A DNA stretch of 64,000 nt, from NCBI GenBank assembly GCA_008690995.1, contig VRMN01000005.1, forward strand, positions 744,001 through 808,000. The letters are read 5' to 3'. Origin of the DNA: Porphyridium purpureum. Lineage: Eukaryota. A program made the translations under genes and the position numbers. This document shows, piece after piece, positions 31,860 to 42,991 of this stretch (position 1 is the first letter of the stretch; each line of letters begins with the position of its first letter). The notes under the pieces are model-generated. The model was given only the letters and a program-made list of their open reading frames with translations. It was not told where the DNA came from and made no database searches.

Positions 31860-32535
31860 ATGGACTTGCGCGGTCAGTATCTTGCGGAGCGCGTCTTCAT
31901 GATCGCGCAGCCGTTGGCACTCGTACGTGGCTTTGCGTTATTCTCGGGGACTCGCCGCTGCAGTCGCGCTCCATGAGACGCGAGGTAGCTAGACGGCGTG
32001 TTGTCCCTTTCTGAATTAAGCCTTGGGAGAAAGGTATTCGAGCGACGCGCACGGTCCTTTGGAATGTGCATCTGACAGTGGCGTGGTCCTTGTCTCTTTC
32101 TTTCTTTCCTTTTTATTGACATCGGATGGTGGTCCTCCTTCGGTATCGGTGTAGGTCCTTTCGTACATGGCAGGCTATCTGGCAAGTGACACGCGACTTG
32201 TGCTGATCGCATACGCCGCGATCTCAGCAATCTCTCTTTTGGTGCGTTGGCAGGCGTGCTTTCCCGTGTTGGTCCTTCCTCTCTGGCAGCTCTTGCGAAA
32301 ATAAGGCCAGCTTTTAGGACCTTGCGCTTGTCGGACCCATTCTAACCGCTAGCATTTTTGAAACGTGCGCTGGGTGCTTTACGTGGACGCACATGTCTCA
32401 TTCTACGCTCATTCTCTTTCTGTCTCTCATGTGACTCGTTCGCTCCGCATGCAGGTGTGCGTTCCGTCGTGGCCGATGTACCGACGCCATCCTCTACAAT
32501 TTGTGCCGCAGCCACCTTCATCCGAGCATGAATAA
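31860..32535 (+). CDS. SPCS1: Signal peptidase complex subunit 1 (SPC12), 3 exons: 31860-31922, 32155-32241, 32455-32535; 76 aa
   Basis: Spliced product MDLRGQYLAERVFMIAQPLAL/VLSYMAGYLASDTRLVLIAYAAISAISLL/VCVPSWPMYRRHPLQFVP fits the SPC12 pattern MD..GQ.LAE...GY...P.WP.YRRHPL. Introns are GTACGT..TAG and GTGCGT..CAG, both phase 0. Confidence 0.92.
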
Positions 32536-32625
32536 TCTGAATCCGTAGTCACTCACTACCATGCCACGATCTGTACGAACACGTCGTAAGCATAGTCCGG
32601 ATACGTGGCATGGCTGGGCAGATGC

Positions 32626-35600
32626 TTATTTGTCGCGCGTACTGGCAGCGAAAGTGCCTGAATTGATCTGCTGGAGAGTCGAGCGGATGTCACGCACGAT
32701 ATCGGGCTTCTCATGCGGTTCCAGAGGGTCGTCACTGAGTGATTTGGCGTACCGATAATGTCCCAGGTAGGCCATGCACGAGAAAGAGCTCATCGCTTTT
32801 GCATTGACGCAAAATCGACGCTGGAACTTGTACACACCGTGTTGGTTCGTGTAAAACGTGCTCTCATTCGCAACGAAGAGTCCCTTACTCTCACCGCGTG
32901 CTCCGGAGACCGGTCGCATGCGACGAAACTTGTACTGCTCCGTGACCAAGTAAATCTGCTCTTTTGGAATCGATGTTTCGGTGACGTTCGACGAATATTC
33001 ATCGATTTCGTGATACCACCACGCGGTGCGCAGCTGGCAGGCGCCCAGTTTTCGTCCACGCTCTCGGAGCATGCTCTTCCACGATTCCCAGTAAATTCTC
33101 ATGGCGGAAGTGCTCTCATTTGAAGGCAACTGCACTCCAGCTTCTTGTTCTTGAAACGTCACCGCGCCAACGGGCTTTACCTTCACGTAGAAGAACTCAT
33201 CGACGTCCGAAATGAGCATTAGCTCATGATGCTTGGCATACCGATCGACATGCGCGGAAAACACAGTGCGTTGATGGTCCCACATCCGGTCTATTTCATC
33301 CGGTATGGGGGGAATCAAACGCATCCAGGGCTTCGGTTTTTCCATAAGAACGCGATTCCGGAACGTCCGGACAATGCGCAGTCTGCCTGTGTCGACAAAC
33401 TTTGCCAAGTAGGACGTCACGAGCGCTGCGTCCGTCGCATTTCCATCCACGTATATCGTGATATCATTGAAACCAATGTGCAAATGATGAGCAAGCCACT
33501 CGGGAAGGCGTTCCAGAGACGATGGCTGGTACATGCTTCGCTTGGTTGAGTGGTCTGGCTTGATCATCGTTACCAGAGCGAACCCATGATCCTTCGGCGG
33601 GCCTTGAGGAGCGCCTATGCCCATTTCTGGATCCCATTCGCAGAGGGTCAGCTCGTTTGAGCGGCTCACTTTGACGCCTGACTCGAGCCGACGCATCTTC
33701 TCCTCAGTACTAGCATGCATGGATACTGAGACGCGCGCAATTTTGCCAGCCTTTGCATCGCTACCCATCGAAGATAGCACGAACGAGTCGCAATGGTATC
33801 CATACCAGGTTTCCGGAAATGTATCCGCCTCGCCACTGTAAGAAAACGGAAGTGGATCAAGACGGCATGCAACCACCTTTTCGCTGTTATCCGGACCAAG
33901 TCGGAGTTCGAAAGGCAATCCATGGTTGAGCCAGGACAGCGGACTCTGATGGAAAGGTCCCCTGTGCTTGAAGAGCAAGTGAGCAGAAAATTCTGCATCA
34001 TCGACCATCTTCTCCTCTTCCTCGGTATCCCAACCAGACCTTTGCTTCCCGTCCTGAACTCGAACTAGGTAGGCATCGAGAAGAAACATCTGCCGCGTTG
34101 AGTTTCCAACGCCCCATTCAACCACCGGGTTCATATGCACAAAGTCGCCAGCATTGGAGCAGCGCTGCTTGGTAGTCCAAGATGCATCAAATGGGACCCG
34201 AATGAAACTTTGTTCAAACACTTGCCCGTTCGGGCATTGCTCCCACCTGTTCAGAAATGGATTGGGGTGACGTATGTCGACATTCATTCCCATAAAACGT
34301 GCGTGGAGCAAATTCATGTCGATGCGATGATGCTCAGTCACTTGCTCTCTCATCTGTGCGGCACTGCTTTTCCAGGAGTCCCAACCTAAGGCTACCGACT
34401 CAGAATCGGTACGGGCTTCGTCCCATTTTGAGTAAACACCGACGAATGCTTCAGTGTGAGGCCAAGCATTAAAATCACAGGAACGTACAAAGAGAGCCTT
34501 CGGATCAGTACTCATGTGAAACAAAGTCGGATGCAAGACAGAGTCGGGTCGAAACAGAACAAGGTCTTGCTGGCTCTTTTCCATTTCAACTTGACCGCCC
34601 GGCAGGACCCTTTTCTGCGTAAAAAGCTCAACAAAGAGAGGCGAGCGTATCAATAATTCTCTGTCCGGCCTGAGAATTACACTCGACAATTTGATGCCAC
34701 AGCACAACGCCTGAACATTCTTTCGTGCAATTTTTCTTTCGTTTTCAGTCACAAAGGCAGCCAGGACGGAAACGTTTCCGACGGACTTTGTGTGATCACT
34801 CAGCGCCAGAAATCGATCCGGAGGTAGAAAGGTCATGTAGTCGAAGAAAGGATTGAGTCTGTCAATGTGCGCTGCTTGCACAGCGACATTGAGAAGCGGT
34901 ACGCTCGCCGCGGGATCGACAGGTGACCGCAATGATACACAGGAAATATTTCCTTGTGCCACAAGTATTCTGATGACATCTTCGACGTCCACGCGAGGCT
35001 GAAGCGTTCTCTCCAGACGCGCACAAGTGCCATCCACGTAGACGTAAATGTGATCATAACCCAAGTTCAAGTGAAACATGAGCCATTCTTCGAGGTACCA
35101 ACCTGGCCAGTCTGTCAGTGCATCAAAGGCCGTGGCGCTATTACTTTGAGAAATTGCTGCGCTAGGTTCGGCTGTAACTATTGTTGCTAACGCAAATGCG
35201 CGTCCTTTCTTCAACGGCAGCATAAGATCTATCGTCCACTCGCAAAGCGCGATTCGAAGTACCGGTGCTTGTACTACATCCAGTGATAATTCTGTATCGC
35301 CAGTCGCTGCTGTCCAGTCTAAATGCACCAAGGCGTGGATTCTGGTGTTTAAATCCTCATCACTCGTGCGCTTCACCTCGAACGGATCACAATCATACAT
35401 CAACAACACTTCACGCTCTGGTAAGCCTTCTGACCCTGCGTTATTTGCTTCTTCAACTCGAGCAGTGCAGGGAACCTCCCGGATTCGGTCTACCTCTGCT
35501 TTTACGGTGAGAACTATCGGTAGGCCCTTCGTTCCGCTGCCGGAGCGAGCACCGCTTTCATGCGACCAAGAATACCTGACAAGCAGACGCGGAAGCACCC

Positions 35601-36453
35601 TCACGAAAGACGCGTCTGTACTACTCGCGTCATTTGTACCATCACGAGTAGGACTCGGAAGCGTTGTGACACCTCTCCGTAAAAGGAACGCATCCATAAC
35701 ATGAAGGACTAGCGATGATGCATTCCCATCATTTCGATCACTTTTAAACACAGCGAGAGGATCGATCGTGTGTGCATGTTGCGTTGCGAAGCATTTTTGT
35801 ATCTCCGGTTCTGTCCAGAAAGCCTTGAAATCCTTTCGCACTGCTCGCCTTGCCTGCTGCTGTTCTTTCAGAACCAGAAGGGTACCATGCTCATCTCGCA
35901 CAACAGCAGCGGAATCAGTCCGCTCACCCTTCGTCTTTTTCGCCATCTCTTTGAATACGGGACTCTGAGGTTGCGACTTGATTTTTTGGGTGTGCCTTGC
36001 GCCTTTTGCTTTGAATTGCACGCTGCGTTTCGCCACTGGCAATTCAAGCCTTTCCGCTACCCTTTGCGTCGTCGAAGAGGAGGTAGCAGAACCTTCCGGC
36101 GTCAGTCGTTCATATCGTTCATATCGTTTATCTTTCTCATTCCGCGCAGTGACGGAGTTGCGTTCAGCGATCTTTTCGTCAGCGTCATCAGTCTGGTTGT
36201 CAAGCGGTCCTTCGCGCATTCGCTCCTCCGCTTGGTCTGGCGAGCTGATCGGCTCGGACAGCTGCTTCGAATATAGTACGGGAGGCTGCATCAGCGAATT
36301 CAAGACGTCATTTTGAATACGAAACAGGTAGTGGTAATGTTTGAGCAACGCGCCCATGCAAAAGGCAACCAGCATGAGTGTTGCCGCCATCAACAGCCCC
36401 TTTGCCATTCTAGATCGCGGGTTGCGCACGCCCCTTGGCGTTGCACTAGCCAT
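32626..36453 (-). CDS. Type II membrane protein with two tandem GT92/GT2-like (GT-A fold) glycosyltransferase modules, 1275 aa
   Basis: N-terminal TM; LEEWLMFHLNLGYDHIYVYVDG and LPEWLAHHLHIGFNDITIYVDG; DVDEF in module 2; C-terminal LGHYR. Confidence 0.85.
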   Translation of the reverse strand: MASATPRGVRNPRSRMAKGLLMAATLMLVAFCMGALLKHYHYLFRIQNDVLNSLMQPPVLYSKQLSEPISSPDQAEERMREGPLDNQTDDADEKIAERNSVTARNEKDKRYERYERLTPEGSATSSSTTQRVAERLELPVAKRSVQFKAKGARHTQKIKSQPQSPVFKEMAKKTKGERTDSAAVVRDEHGTLLVLKEQQQARRAVRKDFKAFWTEPEIQKCFATQHAHTIDPLAVFKSDRNDGNASSLVLHVMDAFLLRRGVTTLPSPTRDGTNDASSTDASFVRVLPRLLVRYSWSHESGARSGSGTKGLPIVLTVKAEVDRIREVPCTARVEEANNAGSEGLPEREVLLMYDCDPFEVKRTSDEDLNTRIHALVHLDWTAATGDTELSLDVVQAPVLRIALCEWTIDLMLPLKKGRAFALATIVTAEPSAAISQSNSATAFDALTDWPGWYLEEWLMFHLNLGYDHIYVYVDGTCARLERTLQPRVDVEDVIRILVAQGNISCVSLRSPVDPAASVPLLNVAVQAAHIDRLNPFFDYMTFLPPDRFLALSDHTKSVGNVSVLAAFVTENERKIARKNVQALCCGIKLSSVILRPDRELLIRSPLFVELFTQKRVLPGGQVEMEKSQQDLVLFRPDSVLHPTLFHMSTDPKALFVRSCDFNAWPHTEAFVGVYSKWDEARTDSESVALGWDSWKSSAAQMREQVTEHHRIDMNLLHARFMGMNVDIRHPNPFLNRWEQCPNGQVFEQSFIRVPFDASWTTKQRCSNAGDFVHMNPVVEWGVGNSTRQMFLLDAYLVRVQDGKQRSGWDTEEEEKMVDDAEFSAHLLFKHRGPFHQSPLSWLNHGLPFELRLGPDNSEKVVACRLDPLPFSYSGEADTFPETWYGYHCDSFVLSSMGSDAKAGKIARVSVSMHASTEEKMRRLESGVKVSRSNELTLCEWDPEMGIGAPQGPPKDHGFALVTMIKPDHSTKRSMYQPSSLERLPEWLAHHLHIGFNDITIYVDGNATDAALVTSYLAKFVDTGRLRIVRTFRNRVLMEKPKPWMRLIPPIPDEIDRMWDHQRTVFSAHVDRYAKHHELMLISDVDEFFYVKVKPVGAVTFQEQEAGVQLPSNESTSAMRIYWESWKSMLRERGRKLGACQLRTAWWYHEIDEYSSNVTETSIPKEQIYLVTEQYKFRRMRPVSGARGESKGLFVANESTFYTNQHGVYKFQRRFCVNAKAMSSFSCMAYLGHYRYAKSLSDDPLEPHEKPDIVRDIRSTLQQINSGTFAASTRDK

Positions 36454-36599
36454 GTCTTCTTGTTTTCATCAGCCACCCGCGCTGCCGGCACATATGAACT
36501 GTAGCTGCGTTGTGCAAGTCAGTGCAGCAATATCGATTCTCTCTCTCACCGCCCCCTGACACCTCGATCACCTCCAGCTGTTCCTGACCTGTCGTTGAG

Positions 36600-38100
36600 A
36601 AGAAGTATTCGTGAGTACAGTCCAAGTGCCCGATCATTTGTCCAGAGCAGCGCGGAAGAGCGCAACGTGCAAGTTTTGCGTGCATGTGCCACGCCTGGCA
36701 AGCGCGTGTCTTCAGCAAAGCGTGGGCTCCTGCTCAAGTAGACTCAGAAACAAGTATCCACGGGTCTTGTTCGCCCACAGGGTAGAAGGGGACGCGTTCG
36801 TCCGCGAGGACATTTTGGATTGAGTGGCTGAGCTAGACGGTAGAGATGATAAAGAGTACAAAACAAGAATGTGTATTTTTCTAGGATCGAGTTCCTTACA
36901 CCAGTTGATTTTGTCCACTCGTGCAAACCCAGCCCAGCTGGGATATCATTTCTCACTTCTCACGTACCCTGTGATTCACAACAGGTGCATCTACGATTCG
37001 GATGCGGAAGTTCCACGCCCTGCGAATGCTCCTTTTCCGCGACAGGTGCGACTGTGTATGGACAATATAGGCTGCATGTATCGCGCTTTCGTCCAAGTCC
37101 GTGGTGATAGTATCGAAACCAAGATGCGTGTGGTGCTCTAGCATGTCAGCCATCCTTTCCCCGGACGAAGAATGACACATCTCGTTCTTGTTGCCGCTCG
37201 AAAAAGCAGGCATACTCTTGGTCACGACAGCAAATACTCAAGTCTGAGTCTGACACGCACAGATTGATATCGCGCACCACGGTCGCACTGAATCTGGACT
37301 TCTGTTGACGCATGACCTTTACCGCTTCATCTGAGGAGATACTGCTGGCTGCGGAGGTTCCACCAAAGGCCGCTTGGGTATCGCTCATGGCCACGAGGGA
37401 TGAGCCGTCATGGAATTCTCTTCACATCTCTGGCCTTCATCTCGCTTCTCCAGATTATTAAGACGTGGAGAATCCGAACGAGATAACACAGTCTTTGTCT
37501 ATCTCCATGAAATCGAACTTGATCTGGATGGGAACATCATGATTCAACCACGACGACATTTTGGTCTGGAAGAGGCTTTGATGCCTGACCAGAAAATGCA
37601 CGGAAATATCAGCATAAAGAGACTCGGAAAAAAACTTCTTCGCTTCGGACGAGAACAACAAGGTGTGTATCCATGAGAAACGTTTCTCGCGTAGACATCT
37701 CTGTACGTCCCTGCCGGGACACAGGCATGATCTTTCTCGAAATCACACGGACCCGAGCAGCATTGATCAGTCCGAGCTAAATCAAATGAAAGACGGGCGT
37801 CAGTCTGCTCGAGAAAGCGTCCGTGCGAATAGAAATCGCTCGCCAGGAAAGAATTTGTAGAATGAAAGTGCACGTGCAGCCGGTTCGACGCGTCGTGTCA
37901 GAGCAGCTGTTCCCAGAGCACACATCAAATTTCTCCACCGCGCAGTTCATGCGTGTCATTTTCCTGTGTGCAGGGACTCTAAAAACATCCAAGACGTTGG
38001 CTTTGGTTCAGATTCATTCGTGCCTGCCAGAGTCGCAAGATAATCTGCATCTTGTCCCCGTGTGATAAACCCGCATCAAGTGACGGAGTGTTGCAGGACT
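36600..38100 (-). pseudogene. Second decayed, partial copy of the GT92-like gene, in tandem just upstream of the intact gene
   Basis: Core 36950-37875: HSTNSFL...GRFLEQTDARLSFD...CCSGPCDF~HPNPFL...GQVFEQSFIRVPFD...RCSNAGDF; ADISVHFLVRHQ...SWLNHDVP~AEFSAHLLFKHR...SWLNHGLP; ERMADMLEHHTHLGFDTI~ERLPEWLAHHLHIGFNDI. Ends are approximate. Confidence 0.8.
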
Positions 38101-38787
38101 TCCCTATTGTCTAAACTTCTTCGACAAGGGTGCGACCGCATCCCCAAGTCGGGCACATATTCTTTGCACTCACTACGGTCATCGACGCTCTTGCCCTATT
38201 CCAACTTACTCAGTCGCCATCGCCTTACATGATGTTCATCTGCTAGATGACGCCTTGATTCACGTCAGACGATTCGGCTGAATTTCGGGACGTTTACGTA
38301 TTCCTTCCCTTGCTCCAATTCGGGCGCACTGCGTCGCGGCATTTTTCATAAACGTGCGGCGGTCAATCTCTGCTGCGTGCGAACCTCCTGCAGGCGTGCG
38401 CGCCTGTGAGGTCGCCGAGAACCTTCAGTTTCTCCACCCGCTTTTCGGCGTCGCTTCTCGAATCCGACAGTCCGCCGATGGCCCGAAGGTGTCTTGAAAT
38501 GCGTCTACTTTTTACTCTAAATATGTTTGGCTGCCCTTGGCGCGAGATGGTACCAGAGCTGGAACAATATGGCTTGGCACTCCTGCCGTTTTCGGCAGCT
38601 CCAGCGCCGCGCACCGGTTCGCACTTCAGAAGCACTGTCGTTTGAATTTGAATTGACAGCTTCGTCCACGTTCCGCACCGTGCATGAGAAAGGATGCAGA
38701 AACGAAAGGCAGAAGGGACACGAAGAAACGAAGGAAACCAATGCAAGCGTTGTGAAAGGTGAAGCAGCATCTGCAGCTAGCCATACA

Positions 38788-40434
38788 TTACGACATGTTG
38801 TCGAAGTCGATGTTTCCTCCCCCCAGACCGTTACCCTGGACGCCAAACGTGAATTGATTACCATCCGCTTGCGGAACCACGCCATTGACTTGCTCCTCGT
38901 CGTCTTGGAAAAAGGCCTCGATGATCTTGACTGCCTTCTCGTAAATATCCGGATTCGAGTGCAATTGTAGACCTTCAATCTTATCCACTCCACCGCACTG
39001 CTCCACGAGGGTGCAAAATTCGTTCGTCAGGCCGTTGTGAGCCTCGCGCTCCTTCTCACCCACTCGCAAAATGTTTTCAATGCCTTCAAGAGCAACCTGA
39101 ACGATGCGGGCCTCGGCAACGTCGAGCTGGGCACACAGTGGCGGGATGGCGCCGCACTGTACCAAGTAGATCACTTGCTGGCTCGTCCCTCCAGAGGTCG
39201 CATTCGAGACGGCCCAGGTGGCTTCCTTGCGGATGTCAAACTCGGCCACTGAAAGCAAGTTGATCAACTTGGGCATAATATTTGCGTCGATTACTGATTG
39301 GATTTGCTCCCGGTTACCCGCTGTAACGTTGCTGATTGTCCAGCACGCTTCTTTTCGAATACTCTTCTTGGCCGAGTCCAGTCGCTCTGAAAGCGGCAGC
39401 AATGCGCCAGAGTTGATGACATGTTGAGTCTGCTGATCATCTCCTGTGACAATGTTTCCGATTGTGCGCAGCACGGGAGTCTGAATAGATGTCGACGGGC
39501 GACTGAGCAATGCGACCAGTCTGCCCACGACGTTGGCGTCAATCACGGCCTGGATCTTCTCATTCACGCCATCTGACAGATACGACAGCGCCCAGCACGC
39601 GTCCGTCAGAACCTCGTCGTCCTCCATGTAAAGCAACTGCGCCAGTGTGGGCAGGCAGTGCCGGACAATGTTAAAGTCCGGCTGCGGTTTCCCACGGCAC
39701 AGATTCGAAAGAGTCCACGTGGCGTTTCTCAATAGTGAGAGCTTTGCGTGAGGACTCAGCAGGTTTAGCACAGGCTCAAGGCCGCCGTAGCTGATCACAA
39801 GGTCGCGGCACTGCGTAGAGTCCCCGGCAATATTTCCGAGCGCCCAAACAGACTGTTCTCGCACATCCTCATGCGGAGCGGCCAGAAGACGGATGAATAT
39901 GGGAACCGCTCCAGCGTTGATGACCACCTGCGTGTGTTTGGACGTGCCCGACGCAATGTTCGTCAGCGCCCACGCGGCCTCGAACTGAAGGTCCAGTGCG
40001 TGGTCCCAGGTCAGAAACTCTACCAGACGGCGCACGACTCCAGCGTTGATCACCTCGTCAATCGGTGGATTTTGCTCGATCGAGAGCAGCTTGCGAATCT
40101 CCATGGTGTAAGGGTAGTGCTTAGAGGTATCATCCGACAGAATGCCGGCGGCCATTTCGGGCAACCTTTCCAACCCAGCCCGCTGCGCCGCGGAAGATCC
40201 GGCCATTCCGCCCTGCATATTGCTGTCCACGCTCGTCGAGCCCATGTCCAGCTCGCCTCCACCGGGCACCGAGCTGCCCATTTGCTCGCGACGCTTCTTC
40301 ATGATCGACTCTTCCTTCTTCGACTTGCGGATCTCCACCTGGTGCTCCTCGCGCTTTTTGCGCGCCTCATCGACATCAAGCCCCTTCTTGTATGTCTTTT
40401 TCCGGAAATCCTGCCGGACGTTCCGGTACGCCAT
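38788..40434 (-). CDS. IMPA: Importin alpha
   Basis: IBB domain (RKKREEHQVEIRKSKKEESIMKKRR) and ARM repeats (FEAAWALTNIASG, WALGNIAGDS, KEACWTISN). Confidence 0.98.
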   Translation of the reverse strand: MAYRNVRQDFRKKTYKKGLDVDEARKKREEHQVEIRKSKKEESIMKKRREQMGSSVPGGGELDMGSTSVDSNMQGGMAGSSAAQRAGLERLPEMAAGILSDDTSKHYPYTMEIRKLLSIEQNPPIDEVINAGVVRRLVEFLTWDHALDLQFEAAWALTNIASGTSKHTQVVINAGAVPIFIRLLAAPHEDVREQSVWALGNIAGDSTQCRDLVISYGGLEPVLNLLSPHAKLSLLRNATWTLSNLCRGKPQPDFNIVRHCLPTLAQLLYMEDDEVLTDACWALSYLSDGVNEKIQAVIDANVVGRLVALLSRPSTSIQTPVLRTIGNIVTGDDQQTQHVINSGALLPLSERLDSAKKSIRKEACWTISNVTAGNREQIQSVIDANIMPKLINLLSVAEFDIRKEATWAVSNATSGGTSQQVIYLVQCGAIPPLCAQLDVAEARIVQVALEGIENILRVGEKEREAHNGLTNEFCTLVEQCGGVDKIEGLQLHSNPDIYEKAVKIIEAFFQDDEEQVNGVVPQADGNQFTFGVQGNGLGGGNIDFDNMS

Positions 40435-41456
40435 GCTGGGCCCACGCGCTTACTCCCTCGCTCGCTCCCCCGACCTGTCTGAATCTCTGTCGCGCTGTGT
40501 TGCCTGCCAGCGCTTCCCCCAGCGTCCACGCTCCAGCCCCGCCGCGGCGCACGCTCCGTCCCAAGCACCACTCCTGGCGCAATCGTGCCTCCCAGCAGTC
40601 CACGCACTATCCTCCACTTCTCCCTTATCCCCCCCCACACGACCTTCGCAGCGCCTGGACGAGCTTGTTCACTCTCTCCTCTTCTCCTCTCTTCTCCCCA
40701 CTTGCCACCACCACCGCCACCACCACCACCCACGTTGACGCGCCTGTCGTCCACCGAAGGGGGGGTACACTCGCGCTCTTATTTTTCATGCCCGATTCTC
40801 TCATTTTCGGCCTGCGCTCCGTTCGGTTCGGCTTGGTTTCTTAGACTGAACGCTGCTTTTCCTTGTGGTGTTGTTGTCATGTTGCGCACGCGATCGTTTT
40901 TATAAGCAGGTGTGGTGGAGCCTATCAAGAAGGTACCAAAACATCACGGAGGTTCACTTGACGCGACTACGATCCATGTACACAACTGTACTTGCGCGAG
41001 GGATTCCTGTAAGTAGAACCCTCGACATAACCGGTGCGAGGAGTTTGGTGAGGGTTTCGCTGCGGCTGCTGGTATGCGACGCGCGGCCGAGGAGCAGGCG
41101 TCATGCCGCATTGCAATGCAATGCGGTGATGAACTGTACCTTGCAATGTGTCGATAAAAAACGCCAGTTTGACATGAAGCGGGGGCCGTCCGCCACAGTG
41201 GTGCGCGTACGGCATGCCGCGGGGGCGCAGCGCGTGCAAGACATATCAAAGTAGGCCGGTTTTGATATGCTTTAACACAAAGGCCTTGTGTTCACGGCGG
41301 GCATGTGGGGAAGAAGAAGAAGAAGAGAAAGTGGGTCGTGGTGGGTGAGAGAAGGGGAAGCGGCGTCGGAGAAAGTGCAGCGGGTGGCGGTCGTGTGAGG
41401 CGTGGGGTATTGGCCTGTGGCGCTTGTGAGGGGCTTCGACTTGAGCGCACATCGAG

Positions 41457-42188
41457 ATGAAGTTTAACATTGCGAACCCGGCAACCGGGTGCCAGAAAAA
41501 GGTCGAGATCGACGATGAGCGCCTGCTGCGCAACTTTTACGACAAGAGGATTGCGGCCGAGGTCGAAGGAGAGGCCGCGCTGGGCGAGGACTGGAAGGGC
41601 TACATGTTGAAGATCATGGGCGGACAGGACAAGCAGGGTTTCGCCATGAAGCAAGGCGTGCTGACGCCGCAGCGCGTCCGCCTCCTCATGCCCAAGGGCG
41701 TGCAGGGATGCCGCGGCTTTGCTATGCGCAAGGGCGAGAGGAAGCGCAAGTCAGTGCGCGGCTGCATCGTCTCGCACGACATTTCAGTCCTGAACTTGAT
41801 TATTACCAAGAAGGGCGACAAGGATATTGATGGGCTCACGGACAAGGTGATGCCGCGCCGCCTGGGTCCGAAGCGCGCAAACCACATCCGCAAGCTGTTC
41901 AACTTGGCAAAGGAGGATGACGTCAGAAAGTATGTGATTCGTCGCGAGATCACCCCGAAGAAGGAAGGCGCCAAGCCGTACACGAAAGCGCCGAAGATCC
42001 AGCGCCTGGTCACGCCGACCACACTTCAGCGTAAGCGCAGAAGAGCCGCGCTTCGCAAAAAGAGTGTCGAGCAGAGCAAGATCCAGCTGGCCGAGTACGA
42101 AAAGATCATTGCCAAGCGCAGCAAAGAGGCGCGAGAGTCTCGCCGCTCCAGCCGATCGAAGAGGAAGTCGGTTTCGAAGAAGGAATAG
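41457..42188 (+). CDS. RPS6: 40S ribosomal protein S6 (eS6)
   Basis: [51 protein letters not shown] and a Ser-rich C-tail. Confidence 0.99.
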   Translation: MKFNIANPATGCQKKVEIDDERLLRNFYDKRIAAEVEGEAALGEDWKGYMLKIMGGQDKQGFAMKQGVLTPQRVRLLMPKGVQGCRGFAMRKGERKRKSVRGCIVSHDISVLNLIITKKGDKDIDGLTDKVMPRRLGPKRANHIRKLFNLAKEDDVRKYVIRREITPKKEGAKPYTKAPKIQRLVTPTTLQRKRRRAALRKKSVEQSKIQLAEYEKIIAKRSKEARESRRSSRSKRKSVSKKE

Positions 42189-42721
42189 TGTAAGAGGCTT
42201 ACCCGGGGTGTGCGATCCGGGGACTGGTAGGACACGGCAGGTCTGTAGAAATGCGCGGCGATCTGCGCCTCTCTTTGTGTCAACTGCAGTGATCAATGAC
42301 GGGAACACTCAACGGACAGACGGCTTTGTGGAGGCGGATTCCGGCAGGCTCTGTCGCGTCCTCGAGGAGTCAACCGGACCTTGATAGTCCGTGTTTGCCG
42401 GTTGGCAAACCTCACTGGCACGCGGCACACACTTTGTGAGGAATCATTCATAACTTTCGCAACCCTAGTAAATTCTCCCGTATTTCATCACAGGCGTTAT
42501 ATCAGCTAACGTGTTTTGGCGGTATGTGCAGCGGGCTGGGAGAGCTGTGGGCCCGCGTACTCGCCAAGGAACTCTTAGATCGAACGGGCCGGGGCGGAGA
42601 CACTGCGCACGCACCTGCTCCTTGCTTGACCGCTTGCCAACTGCGGTGGTGGTGCAAGCGCACGCGCTGTTTGTGCATTTGCCAAACGCGGGGGGCGGCG
42701 CTCGGAAGCGGAAGTGGAAAA

Positions 42722-42991
42722 ATGGGCGCGGAATCGTTTAAGAGCTGGGGCGTTTGTGGCGCGGCGTCCAGCGTGTTGGGGGCCCTGACCATGTTTCTGT
42801 TCTACATGGGTATGGCCAAAGAATACGCGTTCTTCGGCTACGAAGGGAGCTTCTCGGAAGCGGCGGACGCTTGCATGCGCACGCTGATCACGTTTGGCGC
42901 TCTGTTCGTGATATCTCTGCTTGCCTTTGTGTACGGCAGCTTGCGCAAAGATTCCGAATCCGAGAGCGCCACGTACACGGCGGTGTCGTGA
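42722..42991 (+). CDS. Small two-TM protein, RNASEK / V-ATPase subunit f-like, 89 aa
   Basis: Two hydrophobic helices, with C....S..G in helix 1 and EAADAC leading into helix 2. Similarity judged by eye. Confidence 0.5.
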   Translation: MGAESFKSWGVCGAASSVLGALTMFLFYMGMAKEYAFFGYEGSFSEAADACMRTLITFGALFVISLLAFVYGSLRKDSESESATYTAVS

